A stretch of 64,000 nt of DNA from assembly GCA_018669975.1 (NCBI GenBank), contig JABHSK010000001.1, positions 24,394-88,393 on the forward strand, written 5' to 3'. Below the pieces are notes generated by a model. That model was not told the DNA's origin and did not search any database. It saw only the letters and a program-made list of their open reading frames with translations. A program made the position numbers and the translations under genes. The DNA comes from Candidatus Parcubacteria bacterium. GTDB lineage: Bacteria > Patescibacteriota > Patescibacteriia > UBA1558 > GWA2-36-10. Shown here piece by piece: positions 10,158 to 20,232 of the stretch; within the stretch, counting starts at the first letter, position 1, and each line of letters opens with the position of its first letter.

Positions 10158-10673
10158 TTATTTTGATTTTTTAAGAAATTTTAAAAATCCGTAAGCTATC
10201 ACACCACCCATTAAAGCAGTAGCTAATTGCGGCCAACTCATCATATTTACCACATTGGTGGCTAATTCTTTTTTGAGTAGTAAATTCACAACAACAGAGC
10301 TAGTAGCCCATAAAAATGCGAATTTTAGAACACTACCAACGCCAATTCCTAACCAATAGTTCTTTTCCCTAAGCTTATCAAAGCCTAGAACTAGAATAAC
10401 ATTACTGATAATAATAAAAGGAATTACTGGAGCTAGTATTGCTGGTAATAACCCAACTGATAAAGCAATGGTACTTGGTAATAAACAAAGTAAAATAGCA
10501 TTTTGTACTCCTAATAATGCTACCGCCATTATAAACATCGCATTGACTATTGGTCCCGTGACCCATTGCTGATGAAATAAGGGTGCTATTGTAGCTACTC
10601 CAACTAAGGCTATAAATTGTATGGAGGCAATAGTGTTAGCCTTGGTCCAAGTTAAAGTTCTTGTTAAAGCCAT
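10158..10673 (-). CDS. Polytopic membrane protein, possibly an ECF-transporter S-component-like protein.
   Basis: Five or six hydrophobic helices in about 170 aa. The assignment is tentative. Confidence 0.35.
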   Translation of the reverse strand: MALTRTLTWTKANTIASIQFIALVGVATIAPLFHQQWVTGPIVNAMFIMAVALLGVQNAILLCLLPSTIALSVGLLPAILAPVIPFIIISNVILVLGFDKLREKNYWLGIGVGSVLKFAFLWATSSVVVNLLLKKELATNVVNMMSWPQLATALMGGVIAYGFLKFLKKSK

Positions 10674-10688
10674 ATTTATAGTAATTAA

Positions 10689-12425
10689 TTATTTATTTTT
10701 AGGATAAACCTCTTTATCTTTTTTACTAAAACTAGTATGACAGGTTAAGTGAACATTATCATGATCTTTTAGAAAATCCTTGTAAAGCGCTTTTACAAAA
10801 GCACTCTCTTCGGCCATACGAATTTTATTCCTACTATCCACATTATAAAGTCCCTCAGCTCGTTTTTTACGTATCTCATCATTAACTGGCATTGGTTGTC
10901 CACCACCACCAATACAACCACCAAAACAAGCCATCATTTCTACATAATCATAAGCCTTGGGGTCTTTTTTTAATTCCTCTAGTATTTTTTTAGCATTTGC
11001 AGCACCATTAACTACGCCGACTTTAAGTGGCTTACCGTCTATATCTATGGTAGCTTTTTTACAACCCTCGAGTCCCCTGACTTCTTCTAAATCTAAACGA
11101 GGTAATTTTTTGCCAGTAATCTTATTGTAGGCGGTTCTTAAAGCAGATTCCATTACCCCACCAGAGGCTCCGTAGATAACTCCAGCGCCGGTTGGTGCTC
11201 CTAAAAATGGATCTGGAGTAACTGCTTTAACATTTTTAAGATCGATTTTATGTTTTTTTAGTAACTGAGCAAATTCTCTAGTAGTTAATACATGATCCAC
11301 GGGTTTAATATCACCCATGAGCACTTCTGGACGCTCTATTTCATATTTTTTGGCGACACAAGGCATTATAGAGACTACTACTATGTCCTTGGGGTCGATT
11401 TTGTTCTCCTGTGCCCAGTAAGTCTTAATTAGACCACCCATTATAACTTGTGGTGATCTAACACTGGTTAAATGCGGTATAAATTCTGGATAATAAAATT
11501 CTAAATATTTAACCCAACCAGGACAACAAGAGGTAAACATTGGCATAGTTCCACCCTTCTCAATTCTTTCTATAAGTTCTTTAGCTTCCTCAACAGTTGT
11601 CACATCGGCTCCAACTGATACGTCAAAGACGTGTTTAATACCTAATTGCTTAATAGCTGCTGTTAGTCTACCGGTAACAATAGAGCCGTACGGCATATCA
11701 AATTCTTCCCCGATAGTACTTCTAATAGACGGTGCAAATTGAAAGACTACTGTTTTACCCTCTTCTTTTAGCTTGAGTGGATTGTCTATATCTTCAAACT
11801 CACCCACACCCTCAAAAGCACCCACTGGACAATGTGTGATACATTGTCCGCAATAAATACAATCCTTATATTTATCTTTGGAAGGCATAACTTCATGAAA
11901 TTTACCAACCTTTTCATACTCAAGGAAACAAGCGCCAACCTTTTCACAAATATCTACACAAATACCGCAATCAATGCATTTACTACTGTCAAAAATTAAT
12001 GCTGGACCAAATTCATGAACTGGCTTTCCTTTTTTACGATCCGGAAATTTAGTAATCTTAACATCGTATTTTTTAGCTAGGTCTTTGATATGACAACCAT
12101 AACGATAGACACAATCGCTGCACTCCTCACAGTGCTCAGTAAAAATAAGTTCCAGGTTAATTTTTTTAGCCCTGGAGATTGATTCTGAATGAGTAGTAAC
12201 CTCCATACCGTCAGATGCTTGTGTGCTACAGGACGTGAATAAACCCTTTTTATCTTTTATTTCCACCAAACATAAACGACAACTAGCCTGCACTTTGACA
12301 TCTGGATGATGACATAGGGTGGTAATACGAATTTTATTTTTTCGAGCCACATCTAAAATACTTTGCCCTTCTTTGGCTTTGTATAGTTTTCCGTCTATTT
12401 TAATGGATATATTTTTTTGTTTCAT
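10689..12425 (-). CDS. hydA: [FeFe]-hydrogenase catalytic subunit (HydA-type) with an N-terminal 2Fe-2S ferredoxin domain and 4Fe-4S domains.
   Basis: H-cluster motifs are present: TSCCPGW (L1), MPCVAKK (L2) and MACFGGCIGGGGQP (L3). N-terminal Cys clusters are also present. Confidence 0.85.
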   Translation of the reverse strand: MKQKNISIKIDGKLYKAKEGQSILDVARKNKIRITTLCHHPDVKVQASCRLCLVEIKDKKGLFTSCSTQASDGMEVTTHSESISRAKKINLELIFTEHCEECSDCVYRYGCHIKDLAKKYDVKITKFPDRKKGKPVHEFGPALIFDSSKCIDCGICVDICEKVGACFLEYEKVGKFHEVMPSKDKYKDCIYCGQCITHCPVGAFEGVGEFEDIDNPLKLKEEGKTVVFQFAPSIRSTIGEEFDMPYGSIVTGRLTAAIKQLGIKHVFDVSVGADVTTVEEAKELIERIEKGGTMPMFTSCCPGWVKYLEFYYPEFIPHLTSVRSPQVIMGGLIKTYWAQENKIDPKDIVVVSIMPCVAKKYEIERPEVLMGDIKPVDHVLTTREFAQLLKKHKIDLKNVKAVTPDPFLGAPTGAGVIYGASGGVMESALRTAYNKITGKKLPRLDLEEVRGLEGCKKATIDIDGKPLKVGVVNGAANAKKILEELKKDPKAYDYVEMMACFGGCIGGGGQPMPVNDEIRKKRAEGLYNVDSRNKIRMAEESAFVKALYKDFLKDHDNVHLTCHTSFSKKDKEVYPKNK

Positions 12426-13507
12426 TTTAGTTTTAATATTTTTTCACTTAATCCCTTAAAAGGTGGAACTACCATCTTACCTAGCGCACAAAAAGATGTG
12501 TTTTCCAAAACAAAAAGTAAATCATCCAAAACAACTTTATCAATTTGCTTATTTTTTATCATTTCATTAAGTCTATAGGTGCCCTCACGACATGGTGTAC
12601 ACTTGTCGCAATTTTCTTCCATAAAAAAATCAATCCATCGCTTCATCAAAACATAGGGATCTGTTTTTTTTAAATCATAAACAATAATAGCTCCTGAACC
12701 ACCTGCTGGTTGATCTAATTCGCTAGATAAAAAAATATCCCCGCTAGCACCCCCACCTACCTGCACAAAAAAGTCATCGGTTGGCATATTTTTACTCTTT
12801 TTGAGTACATCTTTGATGGTTAATACCAGTGGCAATTCGTAAACACCGGGATTCTTAACGTCTCCACTAACAGTAAACAAACGAGTATTCTTGTACTCAC
12901 CCTGGGCTATCTTAGCTGCATAATAAAAAGTTTCGATATTATTTATCAAAGTAGGGTAACCACAAATACCAGCTTGTCCTGGAAAAGGTGGTTTAAGGCG
13001 TGGCCTGTGCATCTTATTTTCTATTTCCTGACAGACAACTGTTTCTTCTCCAGATAAATAACCGCCTTTTTCTTTAAAAACTTTAATAGGTAGTTTACCA
13101 ATCATCTTTTCTAGAGTGGCCTTATATTTTTTATAATAATCTTTCCGCAAATAAATATAGGCTTCGCTATGGTCAATATAATCCAAAGCAAGTTTAATGC
13201 CATCAATTAAATCCTGAGGATAATTAGCAACAATATAGCCATCCTTATCTGTGGCTGGCTCACCTTCTGAACCATTGGCAACAATATACTTGGTATCTGC
13301 TTTGGCTTTTTTTACCATTTCCCACTTGAGATAAGCTGGAAAAGCTGCGCCACCTCTACCAAGTAAGTTAGCATCTTTTAATTTTGTGATAATATCTTTA
13401 ATCATATACTTTAATGCAGTATATATTTTAGCATATTTTACGTTTTTTTGGAAAATAAAAAAGGGACCATGATTGGTCCCCAAGATCTGTATTTGATTAG
13501 ATTTCAA
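12422..13507 (-). CDS. NuoF-like (51 kDa) flavoprotein subunit, the hydrogenase NAD(P)-binding partner (HydB/HndC-like).
   Basis: GRGGAAFP, SGEETVVCQ and a C-terminal 4Fe-4S motif CDKCTPCREGT. Confidence 0.75.
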   Translation of the reverse strand: MKSNQIQILGTNHGPFFIFQKNVKYAKIYTALKYMIKDIITKLKDANLLGRGGAAFPAYLKWEMVKKAKADTKYIVANGSEGEPATDKDGYIVANYPQDLIDGIKLALDYIDHSEAYIYLRKDYYKKYKATLEKMIGKLPIKVFKEKGGYLSGEETVVCQEIENKMHRPRLKPPFPGQAGICGYPTLINNIETFYYAAKIAQGEYKNTRLFTVSGDVKNPGVYELPLVLTIKDVLKKSKNMPTDDFFVQVGGGASGDIFLSSELDQPAGGSGAIIVYDLKKTDPYVLMKRWIDFFMEENCDKCTPCREGTYRLNEMIKNKQIDKVVLDDLLFVLENTSFCALGKMVVPPFKGLSEKILKLK

Positions 13508-13902
13508 ATAATCCGTTTTTGACCGGTGGTGTGATGCCCGAATTGGATAGCTAGAAGCATTTCAGCTTCAGCCAAAGGAATGTTAGGATCTTCAGCAACA
13601 TAGGTTGCAAAAATTTGTCGTAAGCCAATCATTCGCCTATCACACACTAAACAATTGATAAAAATAGAGCAAATACTGCCCCGAGAAAACATAAATTGTT
13701 CAGCTATTTCTTGTAGTTTCTGATGCTCATACTGAGAAAAAACCAGCCAGTGAACTTGCTGAAAATCAAGTCCCAGGCTAGCATGGAAATTAAGCACAAC
13801 CTCTAATAACGATTGGTCTTTTCTTAGATCATCTAAGCGAAGATGTTCTTTTTTAACCCACCTTACTTTTTCTCCATCTTGAGCTAATGTACAAATATCC
13901 AT
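13504..13902 (-). CDS. Small Cys-containing protein heading the hydrogenase operon. It could be a divergent HydC/NuoE-like subunit or a novel partner.
   Basis: It has its own promoter (TTGACA, 17-nt spacer, TAATTT) and a strong SD (AAAGGAGG). A C-x6-C-x2-C cluster is present, but the canonical NuoE motifs are not recognisable. Confidence 0.4.
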   Translation of the reverse strand: MDICTLAQDGEKVRWVKKEHLRLDDLRKDQSLLEVVLNFHASLGLDFQQVHWLVFSQYEHQKLQEIAEQFMFSRGSICSIFINCLVCDRRMIGLRQIFATYVAEDPNIPLAEAEMLLAIQFGHHTTGQKRII

Positions 13903-13982
13903 TATCTACCTCCTTTTGTGGAATGATCATTAAAACGACAAAATAAATTAACACGCGTAGGCCTTTCTGTCAATATTAAAAA

Positions 13983-14010
13983 GTAGCTCATTTCTGAGCT
14001 ACCGAATTTT
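13983..14010 (-). terminator. Intrinsic terminator of the M50 protease gene (perfect 8-bp hairpin gtagctca/tgagctac plus T-run).
   Basis: Perfect inverted repeat immediately after the stop codon. Confidence 0.55.
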
Positions 14011-14777
14011 CATTTGAGGAGATTGATAAAATCACTAGTAAATGCCAGAACTAAAATTGATAGTATAGTAACAATACTAATTCGCCTGAAAATATCACGA
14101 GCTTTTCTTTGTTTAAATAAAAGCTCAATAATTTTACCACCATCTAATGGATAGATAGGGATCATATTAAACAACCCAATCATTAAAGATATGTAACCAC
14201 CAAACAGAGCAGTGCTGGAAAGACTAACTGATTCCTTTTTGGCAATAGTAACAATGCCTATAGGTCCAGAAACGCTATCTAAAGGGTTTTGAGCAACCAA
14301 ATAGACAAGCACGCCAAACCATACTAGTCCTGCGAAGGGTAAAATATAACGCCAAAGAAAATGACGAAATAGTACCAGGGCAACACAAAGGCCAGCAATA
14401 CGAGCATAAGCCGGATAGTTTGCTCCGTTTCCTATGAAACAAGTGGCTACTATCAACCAAATTATACAAGCAAAAACGATATTGGCCCAAGGACCAGCCC
14501 CGTAAATGTCCGCCTTATTTTTATAAGGCAAGTTTTCCATAAATATCACACCCTCTGGGGTGGGCTCCACAAAGGCTCCTAGGGGTATTGGATAAATTAC
14601 AAAGGTGACATCAGGGAATTTTTGCCAGTGAAATTTAAAAATAGGCTTGCCAATAGGGAAACCTAAACCCATGCGTTTGATTTTGACACCATTTTGAGTC
14701 ATTACCCAAGCATGACCAAGCTCGTGTACAGTCAAAACTAGCGTGATAATTAGTAAGAAAAATAAGAGTCCCATCAA
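14010..14777 (-). CDS. M50-family (site-2 protease-like) membrane metalloprotease without a PDZ domain.
   Basis: HELGHAW zinc motif in a TM helix; polytopic. Confidence 0.7.
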   Translation of the reverse strand: MMGLLFFLLIITLVLTVHELGHAWVMTQNGVKIKRMGLGFPIGKPIFKFHWQKFPDVTFVIYPIPLGAFVEPTPEGVIFMENLPYKNKADIYGAGPWANIVFACIIWLIVATCFIGNGANYPAYARIAGLCVALVLFRHFLWRYILPFAGLVWFGVLVYLVAQNPLDSVSGPIGIVTIAKKESVSLSSTALFGGYISLMIGLFNMIPIYPLDGGKIIELLFKQRKARDIFRRISIVTILSILVLAFTSDFINLLK

Positions 14778-14915
14778 TTCCTCCTCGGTTGATTTTTAAA
14801 GGTTCAAAACGAATATTTATCGATAAACTAATTTAACAAAAAAGAATCTTTATGTCAATTAATACAAATAAAAAAACAGAGTTAAAATATCCCTGTTTTT
14901 TTGTACTATATAGAT

Positions 14916-15251
14916 TTAATATGTTGTCTCGTTCTGCAATGATGTCAGTACAAATCTAGATATTGCATAGGCAGCCAAAACAATTACCAAGCCAATGACA
15001 CCGGCAATCATACCATTTTGACCCTGACCCTTTTTGTCAGCATTACCTCCAGAAGTCATGTAAACAAACCCACCAGCAAGAATACCTAGTGTTGCTAATA
15101 TTCCTAGAAAACCAAGTACTATATTAACAATAGAAGATGCTGTATCACCTATTTCCCTAGTACCCAGGTTAGTCTCAGTCATTCTATTTACACCGTAAAG
15201 ATCAGCTTGCGCAGAAGCTAATGACGGCATAAGGAGTGCTGTTACTAACAT
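14916..15251 (-). CDS. Small secreted protein with VirB2/TrbC-like pilin topology (signal peptide plus two hydrophobic helices).
   Basis: Signal peptide ...SLASA|QA, two TM helices separated by a Gly/Lys-rich loop, about 110 aa. Confidence 0.35.
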   Translation of the reverse strand: MLVTALLMPSLASAQADLYGVNRMTETNLGTREIGDTASSIVNIVLGFLGILATLGILAGGFVYMTSGGNADKKGQGQNGMIAGVIGLVIVLAAYAISRFVLTSLQNETTY

Positions 15252-15362
15252 TATTTTTTTTGAATTTTTTTTATCATAAGCATAAATTAATGTTTTTATA
15301 ATAGCATAAAAATATAGAATTGGGCAACAAAAAATAAAGTATTTTTACTTTATCTTTTATTT

Positions 15363-15436
15363 TGGCTCGGGGACAGGGGCTCGAACCCCGATTGCCTGGA
15401 CCAGAACCAGGTGTCCTACCATTAGACGATCCCCGA
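15363..15436 (-). tRNA. tRNA-Gln (anticodon CUG).
   Basis: The reverse complement folds as a cloverleaf. Acceptor stem TCGGGGA/TCCCCGA, anticodon loop TTCTGGT, T-loop GGTTCGAGCCCC, encoded CCA. Confidence 0.85.
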
Positions 15437-15457
15437 ATAAATATTAATCTTAATACT

Positions 15458-16981
15458 TTATACTACTTCTCCACCAAAAATGTCAATAGCCTCCCCTACA
15501 TCCTTTTCCTGAATACCTTTAAAATTGTTATGGTTTTCTTTATGTTTATCGTCTAATTGAAAATTTATATCTAATTTACAACCTAAAACTTTATTAAAAA
15601 CTTCTACTAAGTGGCTTTTTATTTGTGGTTTATTCAATTGCTCCATGTGAAAACTATACTCCAGGCCAATGGTAATAGACTTGTCGTCTATATTAATTGG
15701 ATGGCTAGTTTGCAAAATAGCTGACAAAGAATGATTAAATGGCTTGGTTTCTTGAACAATTTTTGGCCATTCAGCCTGAAATTTAGAAAAATTAGCCTTA
15801 TTATTGCTCGTCAAGGGTTTTTTTTTAGGCTCTACAGTGTCGACTGTAGGAGCATTTACCTGGATCGTTGGTTTATTCTGCAAAATCTCATTTTCATCTA
15901 ACAAGAATTCAACACAGGCTAACTCTAAAGGTAATTGATCTATCATAGAGTCCTTGACGGATAATTTGCTTAAAAGAATATTTAAAAGTCTTGATAAATC
16001 TTTAAGCGGAAATTCTCTAGCATGTTGCTTGATAGCTTCTGTTAAATCTTCGGAAAAATCTAGAGAAAATTCAGGTCCGATGATTTGATACAACATTATC
16101 TGACGTAAAAAATCAATCAAATTACTAATAAAATCTTCTAAATCTATACCCTCGCTAACAAGCTTGTTGATTTGATTAAGAGCGGTAGACATATTTTTCA
16201 TACGTAAGGCCTCAACCAACGTGTCTACCTCATGCCAATTGCTACGTGGTAAAACCAAGGAGGCTAACTCATCCGTAACATTACCTTGACTGAGTGAAAT
16301 TATCTGCCCTAACAGTGACTCTGCGTCACGCAAACAACCCTCTGAACGACGAGCTATTTCAGCCAAAATATTTTCTGGAACAGTCACCTTTTCTTGGGTT
16401 ATTATCCAGGCCATTCTTTTTATAATATCTACCTGTGGTATTTTTTTGAAGTCAAATCTCTGACATCTAGAAATAATAGTTTCTGGAACTTTATGTATTT
16501 CTGTAGTAGCTAATATAAATATAACTTTCTTAGGCGGCTCTTCTAAGGTTTTAAGCAAGGCATTGAAAGCAGACTTGGATAACATGTGCACCTCGTCTAT
16601 CACAAAAACTTTAAAACCCTTGTTATTAAATGGAGGCACCTGAGCATTAGCAATAATGTTTTCACGCACATTATCTACGCCAGTATGAGAGGCAGCATCT
16701 ATCTCTATCACATCCATAGAGCGTCCATTGATGATCAAATTACAAATCTCACATTCATTACACGGTTCAGAAGAATCATCTTTACGATTAATGCAATTTA
16801 AAGACCTGGCAAATAATCTTGCCAGGGTAGTTTTGCCAGTACCGCGCGGTCCGACAAATAAATAAGCATGCGCTACATTACCAGAAACAGTCTCGTTTTG
16901 TAGAGTTATCTTGATAGGTTTTTGACCAACGACTTCCTGAAAAGTCATTGGCCTATATTTACGGTAAATTACTTCTGACAT
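15458..16981 (-). CDS. dnaX: DNA polymerase III subunit tau/gamma.
   Basis: Walker A GPRGTGKTT, zinc module CNECEIC, SRCQRF motif. Confidence 0.9.
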   Translation of the reverse strand: MSEVIYRKYRPMTFQEVVGQKPIKITLQNETVSGNVAHAYLFVGPRGTGKTTLARLFARSLNCINRKDDSSEPCNECEICNLIINGRSMDVIEIDAASHTGVDNVRENIIANAQVPPFNNKGFKVFVIDEVHMLSKSAFNALLKTLEEPPKKVIFILATTEIHKVPETIISRCQRFDFKKIPQVDIIKRMAWIITQEKVTVPENILAEIARRSEGCLRDAESLLGQIISLSQGNVTDELASLVLPRSNWHEVDTLVEALRMKNMSTALNQINKLVSEGIDLEDFISNLIDFLRQIMLYQIIGPEFSLDFSEDLTEAIKQHAREFPLKDLSRLLNILLSKLSVKDSMIDQLPLELACVEFLLDENEILQNKPTIQVNAPTVDTVEPKKKPLTSNNKANFSKFQAEWPKIVQETKPFNHSLSAILQTSHPINIDDKSITIGLEYSFHMEQLNKPQIKSHLVEVFNKVLGCKLDINFQLDDKHKENHNNFKGIQEKDVGEAIDIFGGEVV

Positions 16982-16989
16982 GTCAAAAT

Positions 16990-17601
16990 TTATAAAGTGA
17001 TCTCAAAATCCTCAGAACTTTTTTGAGTAGAGTAGGTGTTTTTAATAACATTTTCTACTGCTGCCCAAACACCATCGGCATCTTTTGGAACTAAGATAAC
17101 CACCTCATCCCCTTCAGAGCCTTTAAAATATGTGACGCTAGCCATCAAGACTTTATAAATTTTATCTCCAGCTAATACTACAAATTCGTCAGTATCCTTG
17201 TCCTTAACTAAGTGTCCAACTAAACGATTACGTTCTACTGGCGATATTTGTTTGAAAATAAATGATCCGTCTTTATCGATGGTCAACTTTAATATGTCAC
17301 CCTCTACCAATTTTGATTTAGAAGCATAGTTAGCAGGCACTGAATATTGCTTTCCGTCAGGTCCGATCATAATCTGACCATTAAAGACTCCTTCAACTAT
17401 TATGCCATCTTCACTAGCATCCTCTTTGCCTACTTCAGATGCTTTAAGTCCATGATCAGTAAGACGAGAATTTTTCTTGCCAGACAACTCGCCAAGTATA
17501 GACTTGGTTTTTTTAAGCTCTACTTCTAAATTGGATATTAAAGATTCTAATTGTTCTATTTTTTTGTTTTTTGACATTTTTGTTTTTTGTTCTGTAGACA
17601 C
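16990..17601 (-). CDS. Hypothetical protein with an N-terminal coiled coil.
   Basis: ORF; no motif recognised. Confidence 0.4.
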   Translation of the reverse strand: MSTEQKTKMSKNKKIEQLESLISNLEVELKKTKSILGELSGKKNSRLTDHGLKASEVGKEDASEDGIIVEGVFNGQIMIGPDGKQYSVPANYASKSKLVEGDILKLTIDKDGSFIFKQISPVERNRLVGHLVKDKDTDEFVVLAGDKIYKVLMASVTYFKGSEGDEVVILVPKDADGVWAAVENVIKNTYSTQKSSEDFEITL

Positions 17602-17716
17602 CCATAATCAAAGTGTCTTATTTTATTTTTAGGTCTTTGCACCTACTAATTTATCATAAAAAATGAGCTTTGTCGAGTTCAGTATTTCTATTAAAAATAC
17701 CGTAATTTAGCCTTTT

Positions 17717-17744
17717 AAAAAACCCTTGTTTTTAAGGGTTTTTT
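17717..17744 (-). terminator. Bidirectional intrinsic terminator (aaaaccctt gttttt aagggtttttt) downstream of the VirB4-like gene.
   Basis: Hairpin flanked by A- and T-runs. Confidence 0.5.
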
Positions 17745-17764
17745 GGTATAACAATTAATTGATT

Positions 17765-20224
17765 TTAAACTATAACTCGTTGGCTAATTTCATTCTCCAC
17801 AATGGATCGTTCACGACCATATTTTAACCTGGAAAGATCCTTAATAGCCTTGGCTAATTCAAAGTTACCTTTTTCTGGATAAATAGGTTGAAAGTTAAAT
17901 GCTGGCGGATTTTGATTATCGATCAAGAGCTTGATATAACAAGTATACTTTGGCATATTAACTAAATCATACTGAGAAACCACAGGTGCCATCTGCTTAG
18001 ATATCAACTCTGCGTCTTCTACGCCAATACGATAAGAAATTATTGTACCAACATTACCAAAAATAGCATCTTTAACGCTGGTGTCGCCACCCTTGGTTAA
18101 TTGAGCTATAAACTGATGTGCTAAAATAAGACTCAATTTATATTTTCTAGCTTCTGATAAAATAATAGAAATACTATCGGTAATAACATTTTGAAATTCA
18201 TCAATGTATAGATAAAAATCATTTCTTTCTTCCTCTGGAATATCGACTCTACTCATAGCAGCAAACAAAAGTTTACCTATTACTATCATACCTATTAGAT
18301 TGCTGTTCATCTCACCAATTTTACCTTTGGACAAGTTGACTAGAATAATCTTGTTGCTATCCATGGCCTCCCGAAAATTAAAAGCACTTTTCTGCTGAGC
18401 AATAATTGGTCTAATAGTATCATTTGATATAAAGGGTGTCAGTTTACTAGTAATGTAAGGGACCATGTTAGCTAGAGATGCTTCGCCGCCAGCCTTCTGT
18501 GCCTCTTTTTCCCAAAAATCTTTAGCGAACTTATTTTTAATTTTTGATAATTTATGTTTACGATACTCCTCATCAGCTAGTACTCTCGGAATTTCTAAAA
18601 GAGTAGCACCAGACTCTCTGTCATCCAATATCAACAACATGGCATTTCTCATGTACTGCTCAAACATAGGTCCACCAGTAGCCTTAAGATCATACAATTT
18701 ATCAAAAATAGCAATCATTTCATTAATAACAAAACCTTTCTCCTCATCGTTATTATACTCGAGCATATTCATGCCCATAGGTCGCTCTACGTCTGACGGA
18801 TCAAAAACTATAACGTCCTCTGCCCTTTCCTTTGGTACATGACTAAGGACTTTCTCTACCAAATCACCATGTGGATCAATTAAACAGACTCCTCTACCAG
18901 CTTCAATATCTTGAATTAGCAGACTTTCCAAGAAAACGGATTTACCAGTACCGGTCTGGCCAATTTCATATATATGACGACGTCTATCAGCTTGTGTAAT
19001 GCGTACCTTGGTGTCTTTGCCACGATAATTATTAATACCCAAAACAATACCTTCTGTAGGCATGTTAGCTGGCACTGGAGCCTTAACAGCCTCTAACCAG
19101 TCTATATTTGGTGTTTCAGTGGTTGCTAGCGGTAAATGGACTACACTAGTCATTTCTTCAGAGTTTAAAACAAGACGATTCTTTGGCAGATAATGTCTGT
19201 ATATAAAATGCCTAATAATCTCATCTGGCTTTTTGGGAATCAGGGCTCGAAAACTATTACCAAATTCATAAATATTATACTGACTATAACTATTCATGAT
19301 ATCAGATAAAATCAAATTGGATCGTTGAGCATCTTTAGTAGAGACTATTATTCTAATATTAACATCTAAGCCTGACTTGGAAGTCTTTTCTTCCATAACT
19401 TTGGCTTTTTCTTGTTCCATTGATGATAATTGATATTTCTCTGGTACCTGTGTTGCTGGGTCCTTTTCCTTGGCTCCTTGAGTATTAAAAAAACTAAACA
19501 CAAACCCAAAACCTTTGGCAGCCTTGGCGAAACCACCGACTCCACCCTCTTTATTTAGAGCGTCACCATAACTCATACCCTGGTGCATATTTCTAGCTAT
19601 CTTACGTCCCCTGTCGTGCCATTTCTTTGGTGCAGATCTAAATACGTATTGCACCACAGCCGATTCATCCTCTGTTAATTTACTCAGACTATTAGTAATA
19701 CTCTCCAGTGGATCTATTTCAAAATTACGATATGTCTTGATAGGTAAACTAAAATCATTAGCAAAGCGCAAAGCACCAGCAGCTACTTGACTATTAATAT
19801 TGAAAGGATTGTAATCATTAACCTCTTCAAAATACACCTTAGGATAAACAGCTTGAATCTGCTGAACAAAAAAATCTTTATATCGCCCTGGCAAAGCAAT
19901 ATAAAAACTTATCAAGCCATTGAGAGAAACTATCTCCATAGAAAATAAATCTGCCCGACCGCTGAAACCACCTTTTTCTGCCTTTAATCCAGATAGAGAA
20001 GCAAATAGGGTTTCTATTTTCCCTAAAGCATTTTGAATGTATTCTTTGGTTAGCTCCTCTTTTTCTTGTTTAGTATATTTAGGAATTTTAACTACTAGAA
20101 TAGTTAAATCTAACTCTTTGTTAACTCCGCCTTGTTTTTTAGATAACAAAAACCATACAGCTAATATAACAGCAATAATAATTAAAACTATTATCATAAT
20201 TATAACAAGGGCTGCTGGATCCAT
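17765..20224 (-). CDS. VirB4/TraC-like (HerA-FtsK-superfamily) P-loop ATPase with an N-terminal TM anchor.
   Basis: Walker A IGQTGTGKSV and Walker B FYLYIDEFQNV. N-terminal hydrophobic helix. The N-terminal domain is paralogous to the partial ORF at 1-1292. Confidence 0.55.
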   Translation of the reverse strand: MDPAALVIIMIIVLIIIAVILAVWFLLSKKQGGVNKELDLTILVVKIPKYTKQEKEELTKEYIQNALGKIETLFASLSGLKAEKGGFSGRADLFSMEIVSLNGLISFYIALPGRYKDFFVQQIQAVYPKVYFEEVNDYNPFNINSQVAAGALRFANDFSLPIKTYRNFEIDPLESITNSLSKLTEDESAVVQYVFRSAPKKWHDRGRKIARNMHQGMSYGDALNKEGGVGGFAKAAKGFGFVFSFFNTQGAKEKDPATQVPEKYQLSSMEQEKAKVMEEKTSKSGLDVNIRIIVSTKDAQRSNLILSDIMNSYSQYNIYEFGNSFRALIPKKPDEIIRHFIYRHYLPKNRLVLNSEEMTSVVHLPLATTETPNIDWLEAVKAPVPANMPTEGIVLGINNYRGKDTKVRITQADRRRHIYEIGQTGTGKSVFLESLLIQDIEAGRGVCLIDPHGDLVEKVLSHVPKERAEDVIVFDPSDVERPMGMNMLEYNNDEEKGFVINEMIAIFDKLYDLKATGGPMFEQYMRNAMLLILDDRESGATLLEIPRVLADEEYRKHKLSKIKNKFAKDFWEKEAQKAGGEASLANMVPYITSKLTPFISNDTIRPIIAQQKSAFNFREAMDSNKIILVNLSKGKIGEMNSNLIGMIVIGKLLFAAMSRVDIPEEERNDFYLYIDEFQNVITDSISIILSEARKYKLSLILAHQFIAQLTKGGDTSVKDAIFGNVGTIISYRIGVEDAELISKQMAPVVSQYDLVNMPKYTCYIKLLIDNQNPPAFNFQPIYPEKGNFELAKAIKDLSRLKYGRERSIVENEISQRVIV

Positions 20225-20232
20225 AATTTTTA

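Noticed and set aside
13504-13902. Calling the 132-aa hydrogenase-operon protein NuoE
   Set aside because: The canonical NuoE Cys spacing and the VATFY motif are absent, so it is left as a hypothetical partner protein.
15362-15556. Plus-strand 64-aa ORF
   Set aside because: It overlaps tRNA-Gln and the 3' end of dnaX and has no start context.
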